NCBI GenBank assembly: GCA_964234715.1 | Contig: OZ174276.1 | Strand: one strand, 5' to 3' | From: Podarcis melisellensis | Lineage: Eukaryota | Length of the DNA stretch: 64,000 nucleotides | Shown: positions 58,385 through 64,000 of the stretch, piece after piece | Position numbering within the stretch: the stretch's first letter is position 1 | Layout of the letters: each line of letters begins with the position of its first letter | The notes under the pieces: generated by a model | The model's database searches: none | What the model saw: only the letters and a program-made list of their open reading frames with translations | Told to the model about the DNA's origin: nothing | Translations under genes and position numbers: made by a program

Positions 58385-60165
58385 TGATAGACATACTGTA
58401 CAAGATTCCCATATATATATATTGAGGGGAGGAATTTTGTACAGACCCAAGGTGAAACTAATTATCTGAATGTGTTGCTCCCTCAGGGGATCATTTTGAT
58501 CCAAGCTTTGATTATTATTATTTGGGGGTGAGTGGGTGGGTTGGGGGGAGAAGAGGGGGACGAAGAGCGAAGCTGCAGGTGACCTTCAAGGAACAGGGCC
58601 ATATATATATACTGCCCAGAGTTGCAGGCATTGCTGAGGGGAAGGATTGGCTTGGTTGCTCTGGTCACATCTGGCATTGATTTTGTTCCAAGGCACACTT
58701 AATAAGCATGTCTTTGAAGCCTGTGCCTTTCATTTTTAACACACAAAGGCATGCATAAATGGTTGACACTCAAAATTCTTTATTGAACGAGTCAGTCTGC
58801 AACAACGTAGGTACCTCGGGTTTCTGCTGGGGTACTCTTCAGCTGAGGCGGTGTGAACTCAGGGGTGGGTATGTGCCTTTGTTGATTGTTTTTAGGGGAA
58901 ATATTAGGAGGCGATATAATAGTCTTGGAGTTTCTCTCTCTCTCTCTCTCAACACACACACACTCACACAATATCAGAAGCATGCCCTTACACTTAGCAA
59001 ACACACAGTCTCTCTCTCTCTCTCTCTTTTATTCACTCTGCGTAGTGTTGGGTAACATGGCAGTAGTTCAGAAAAAGAGCAGTAACTCCAAGCCTTGTAG
59101 ACTGTATGGGTGCCAGATGTAGAAAAAGCGGGTGGGGGGTGGGGGGAGAGACATGCAGCAGAAGAGGGGGAGAGAAAGAAAGCAAACCTTGCCACATTTT
59201 TTCAAAAATTGTTTCAATGGAGAGAGTCCCCCCTCCACAAGCAAATAAGGACCTCCTGATGTGTTTTAAGAGGTTGTGGGGGGGGGATATTAGTTTGCAT
59301 TCTCCTTCACCAAACCCCCCACCTCCCCCCCTTTTGCACTTCTCTGTGAGAAATAAGGTTGTAGTTATGGAAAAGGTCAGTGTGTGGAGCTCCCCCCCCC
59401 CTTTTTCTTCTTTCTTTCAAGAAAATAAAAATGTGGCGTTCAAACAAAGAATTTTGTCAACGCTGCCAGAGTTTTAAGATCAAGGGGGAAGTTATTGCTA
59501 CAGCTGTTTATCCTCTTGGAAAGGAGGAGATAAAACGGAGTGAAAGTCCTTTTGTGCCTCATTCAAAGTTTTTTCCCCCCTCCCTCCTCATTTTTCCTCT
59601 CTGGCCTGCTAGCTTGAGGGATTCTAGAAGGAAGTTTCATTGTATTTTGGTTTTGGATCAGCAAAAGGAAGGCTGGTCGGTGGGAGAATTTTGGCCTCTT
59701 CTGAAGTAAATGGATTTTGTTACATCCATGGGTTCATCTGAAAGTGACAAAAAAAGTCCGATGACTGAACAGTTTTCCTTTTCTAACTTGATTAAGAGAC
59801 CCATCTTGTTATCTCCCTAATCAAAGTCAGATAAATAAAACCTCCTGTCAGATAAACCAGTCTCTTGTTGGTATGTTCAGAGGTCTTAAATATCAAAGCA
59901 AAAACGGGTGCTCGAGTAGATCCCTAGCCAAAGAAAGTTGCTTTATAAGAGGGAATTCAAAGTTGAGGGGATACTTAAATAAAAATGGTAGAAAATGTGA
60001 CCAAGCTGCCTTTCCTTTGAATATACTTAGTTACTTTAAGACTTGGGTGGTGCTTGTTGGTGTTTTCCCCTTAAGGCTGATCAGATAAGAATATTTCCTT
60101 GCCTGTGACTGCATGGCAAAAGAGAGCTCCTTGGAAGAGGGCGAGAGATCAGCCTGGGTGCAAGG

Positions 60166-60216
<51 letters not shown>

Positions 60217-61240
60217 TAGTAGACAAGCAGGCTCCCGAAATGCTAACCCTCTGAATGGAAGGCCTTCATTTTGTGCATATGCAATTAAGCAGCCTGAGAA
60301 GGAAGAATGCTGGAAGGGGGGATAAAAGGAACCTTTAATCAAGAAGCTGAACGGTCTAATTCAGGATAATAGAGGGGTCCTTACTGTTTGACACAAGAGG
60401 GGAAGGGGCGCTATTTTTTAATTTTTTTTGTCTGCATGAGCACTGGCTTCGTGATCTAACGATCCCAAGCCTGAAGAAAGGGAAAGCGGGACACTCCTGC
60501 TTGACCTTTCTGTGTCAAATATTGCAATCTAAGCCAAGATTGCTCATTACGCAGGGGGCCACTCGGAAATATCGAAGCAGAGATGTAGCAATCTCTGTCC
60601 TTTTTTAAAGTGTTGTTCTGTTTTTGGATGTTCTTCTTTGGAATGTGTCAGCAGTTTGGAGCTTTTACTAAAAAAGAAAAAGGAAAAAACAACAACAGGC
60701 CTCAAATGAAATATTCCCGGTTTTACAATGTCTAACATTTCTCTCTTCTTCAAAATCCACTTTGGTAGAAGTCTCAAAATTGTAGGAGCGGCGCTGTATA
60801 AAGTTTAGTCATATGGCTAAATCAGAAATAATGTGTTTTGTTTTGGATTTTTATTTCCTTAAATCAGATGCTTGGCCAGGGAGAAACTTTGCATTCCTGC
60901 TGCCAATATCTGTAAGTGGTTTAAAGAACTGTCCCAAAGGTGCCTCCTCTTTAAAAAAAAATTATTAAGTGGTACATTCAGTTTGCTTTTTTGCCCTTCT
61001 TTTGTTTTTCCAAGAGCTTTCCTCTTAAGTTGCATTTATATGTCCAGAGTGTGATATGTCCAGTCTAAATTGTGTAGATCTTTGAGCTGTGGAAGCTTAG
61101 CTTGGTTTGGGAGGGCAGTTCACTGCTGTAGGGCTTGTTCTCATGGAGACTGCTTTGTCAAAATATATGTGGTTGAGCAAAATCAGTGGTGCTGGTCTCG
61201 CAAATGATAAAAGACAAGATTGTGGGCGTTGATATAAACC

Positions 61241-61482
61241 CAGGGGTCAGCAACCATGGGCCAGTCCACCATCCCTCAGACCATATGGTGGGCCAGACTA
61301 TGTTTTGGAAAAAAAATATGAACGAATTCCTATGCCCCACAAATAACCCAGATATGCATTTTAAATAAAAGGGCACACTCTACTCATGTAAAAACCACAC
61401 TGATTCCCAGGCTGTCCACGGGCCAGATTGAGAAGGTGATTGGGCCACATCTTGCCCACGGGCCTTCGGTTGCCTACCCCTG
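61241..61482. mobile_element. hAT (Charlie-like) non-autonomous element
   Basis: Ends CAGGGGTCAGCAACC / GGTTGCCTACCCCTG. ATATAAAC on both flanks. Confidence 0.83.
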
Positions 61483-62041
61483 ATATAAACTGAGGGGGTA
61501 AGCCAGACATTTCCTGATATTTGAGAACCATGGTGCTGCAATCACCTCGTTGTGGTCAGAATTGAACTTGCACTTCCACGTTCCAGTAAAGCAGATTTAC
61601 CTCCCATTTCAGGGCTTCAGTTCACTGACTCTTCTTTCCCATCTGCTTGTACACAAAGATTTATAGAGCACTTTAAGCACAAGTTGTGCCCACGACTTAC
61701 AAGAGGGTTATGTTCTGGGGATCACACCTAAAGCCATAATTATGTATAGTCAAAACGCTTTGAGTAAATGGCAGGTGGGATTTCCAAAGTCTTTTTTCCT
61801 GGATGGGACACCCGCCTCATTTCTGCCCCCTTTTTAATTTTTTAAACATTTCTGCCTAGTGCGTAAAGCTGAATGTACACAAGTGAAATGCACCTAAGTT
61901 TGTGGGTATACTGTACATAACAAAATTAACACAATAAAACACAGCAGAAATCCCAAAGCCTGTTTCTTACCCACAGATAAATAAAACTTTTAAAAAGCAA
62001 AGGTATACAACTAAATAATACGTTCTGTGAGGGTTTGCTGA

Positions 62042-62088
<47 letters not shown>

Positions 62089-63555
62089 CAATATAGCAAG
62101 GATGCTGATAATGCAGTGTCATTTTAAAGTGGTCTATTGCAAAACTTTGACACAGAGAATGCCAGTAGGGTTTTTTGAAAAGCGTGGAGGTTTAAAACCT
62201 AGTCAGTGGATAACTCTCCTTGAAATAGTCTCAGCAGCTTCTGTGAAGACACAAACTCCTTCCAGTCCAGCATTTGTATATCTTATGACAGGAATATAAG
62301 GCAGAATACTGAGTTGTGATAATTTCTCTGTCAGCACAACTCTCTCAAAACAGCTTGGGCTCAATTACAATGCTGAGGTCCAGTCTGAACTCTCTCCCCC
62401 TCTCCGTGTGTTTGTGTGTGAGGGGGTGCCCCTCTTGTCCCTTAACCAGAGGCAGGCAACTAGACTCCAGTTCCCATCAGCCCCAGCCAATAGTCAGAGA
62501 TTATGGCAGTTGTACTCCAACAATATCTGGAGGGTCACAAGCTCCCATTTCCTGCCCCCAAACCATAGATAAAAGTTACATTCTGCAAGCTAAGCCAATT
62601 CTGCACACCAATGGGGCCTGTCAAAATCCCTCTCCCTTAGATGTAACATAACTTGCCATGTGGGTCTCTGCCACCACATTTCGAGACATGCACCACTTCA
62701 ACAACAGTCAGCAGCACGAAATGGGACTATGGAGTTTCACACGGTGATGATGGAAATCCATGTGTCCTTATGTTGACAACCAGGGCAAGGTTCGCTTGCC
62801 ATGCCCAGGCTGTTTTTCAGTAGCATCTCTTTTGTAACCATAATGTGTGCCTTTAGGGTGAATCATATGGATAACTAGCTGGAGAGTTAACAACATTATA
62901 AGATGTAGCAAGGCTTTTGGGGAAGAGTGCGTTCAGGATCATATTGATGTACTATGTCAAAGAAGCAGTCAGGTAATGCCAGCCTGTGGCAAATGGATCA
63001 CAATTTGATCACAAGATGAGCTAATGGCCACTTGCCTTAAATGCCTTTGTAAAAGAGGCATGGAAAGGGTGGAATTCACAGAGTGTAGGGTTGATCAATG
63101 GTGGTAGCCAAATTCAGAGGCACTGTGCTGTTGAATATTAGTTGCTCGGGCCAGTTGGGTGTTCTGTTGATCGCCTACCTTGCAAGAGGATGCTAGAAGC
63201 AATTGGGAGGCAGCAGATTATGGCTGCTGAACTTCATCTTTGGTTTGATCCAGCAGGTTGCTTTCAATCTGCTTGTGGGCTTCCCACAGGAACCTGGTTG
63301 GTCACTGTGAAAACAGGATCCTGGACTTAGATGGGCCATTGGGTCTTCTAATGCTATGTTTGGTGTTCTTTGTCTCAATTCTGCCATAGCTACCCATGGA
63401 AACATAAGAGTTTGGTGTTTGGGCAAGGGGTGTTGGGCTCGTGCGGCATTCTGGATATGGAATGTTGGGTGGGTGCTTGCTACAGACACATTCAAAAACA
63501 GCAATTCCAAAATGCTCTTCATTTATTTTGCATCTGTTGATCTTATTGATTCCAG

Positions 63556-63682
63556 GTATTACTTCAAGAAGGCAAGCAAAGAGTTTGACTGCGGTGCAGT
63601 TTTTGAGGAAATCTGGGACGACGACACTGTTTTGCCAATGTACGAAGGAAGAGTCCTTGGGAAAGTGGAGAGGATTGACTGA
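63556..63682 (+). CDS. AXIN2: AXIN2 last coding exon: DIX C-half YYFKKASKEFDCGAVFEEIWDDDTVLPMYEGRVLGKVERID*
   Basis: Acceptor ttccag|G, stop TGA 63680-63682. Summed CDS is 2532 nt, or 843 aa. Confidence 0.98.
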
Positions 63683-64000
63683 TAGATTGACTGGCTGGCA
63701 TTGTCTGTGTGAGTGTGTTTTAAGGAGACAATAAGCTAAAAGACGCTGCCTTTTGGACAAAACCACCAAACAAAGCTTTTGAAGGAAGGTTGGAACCAAT
63801 GAAGAAAAAGCAACACAGACAAACTAAGGTCTATGAAGACTTTGCCAAATCAGCCTTACATTATTTTTTTTTTTTAAAAAAAGGTGTCTGTTGAGCTGGA
63901 TGCAAGGATGTTAACAACCCCGAACTATTTATTGAAAACATGACCACTCTGGCTTATTGAAGATGCAGACCATGTTTTGAAAGACTTCCATATATAATAT
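63683..64000 (+). other. AXIN2: AXIN2 3'UTR (partial, runs off the window), with an AU-rich TATTTATT at 63926-63933
   Basis: Directly follows the stop codon. No AATAAA seen before the window end. Confidence 0.85.

Overview
Vertebrate genomic DNA from a squamate, most likely a lacertid lizard (Sauria SINEs with (ACCTTT)n tails, Squam3-like SINEs, RTE-BovB, abundant hAT and Tc1/mariner MITEs). The window holds the complete coding region of AXIN2 (conductin) on the + strand. Ten coding exons run from ATG 19875 to TGA 63682, all with GT-AG junctions and consistent phases, giving 2532 nt or 843 aa (tankyrase-binding motifs, RGS, GSK3- and beta-catenin-binding regions, DIX). A CpG-rich promoter/5'UTR region at about 15.6-18.5 kb carries a cluster of TCF/LEF sites and up to three candidate non-coding first exons. 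The 3'UTR runs off the window end. The rest is intergenic or intronic sequence rich in TEs and microsatellites, with four assembly gaps (4221-4353, 41606-41744, 42051-42245, 46140-46280). The most unusual items are: (1) a 146-147 bp hAT-type MITE carrying telomeric TTAGGG repeats, present twice with perfect 8-bp TSDs; (2) a foldback insertion just after exon 4, flanked by a 13-bp direct repeat and containing a degenerate hammerhead-ribozyme-like motif (Penelope-like); (3) two SINE types with different tRNA heads (Ile and Lys) on the same CR1-type tail; (4) a uORF created by splicing; (5) an orphan CpG island about 4.5 kb upstream of the promoter. Family names and comparisons with human come from recall, not database searches.
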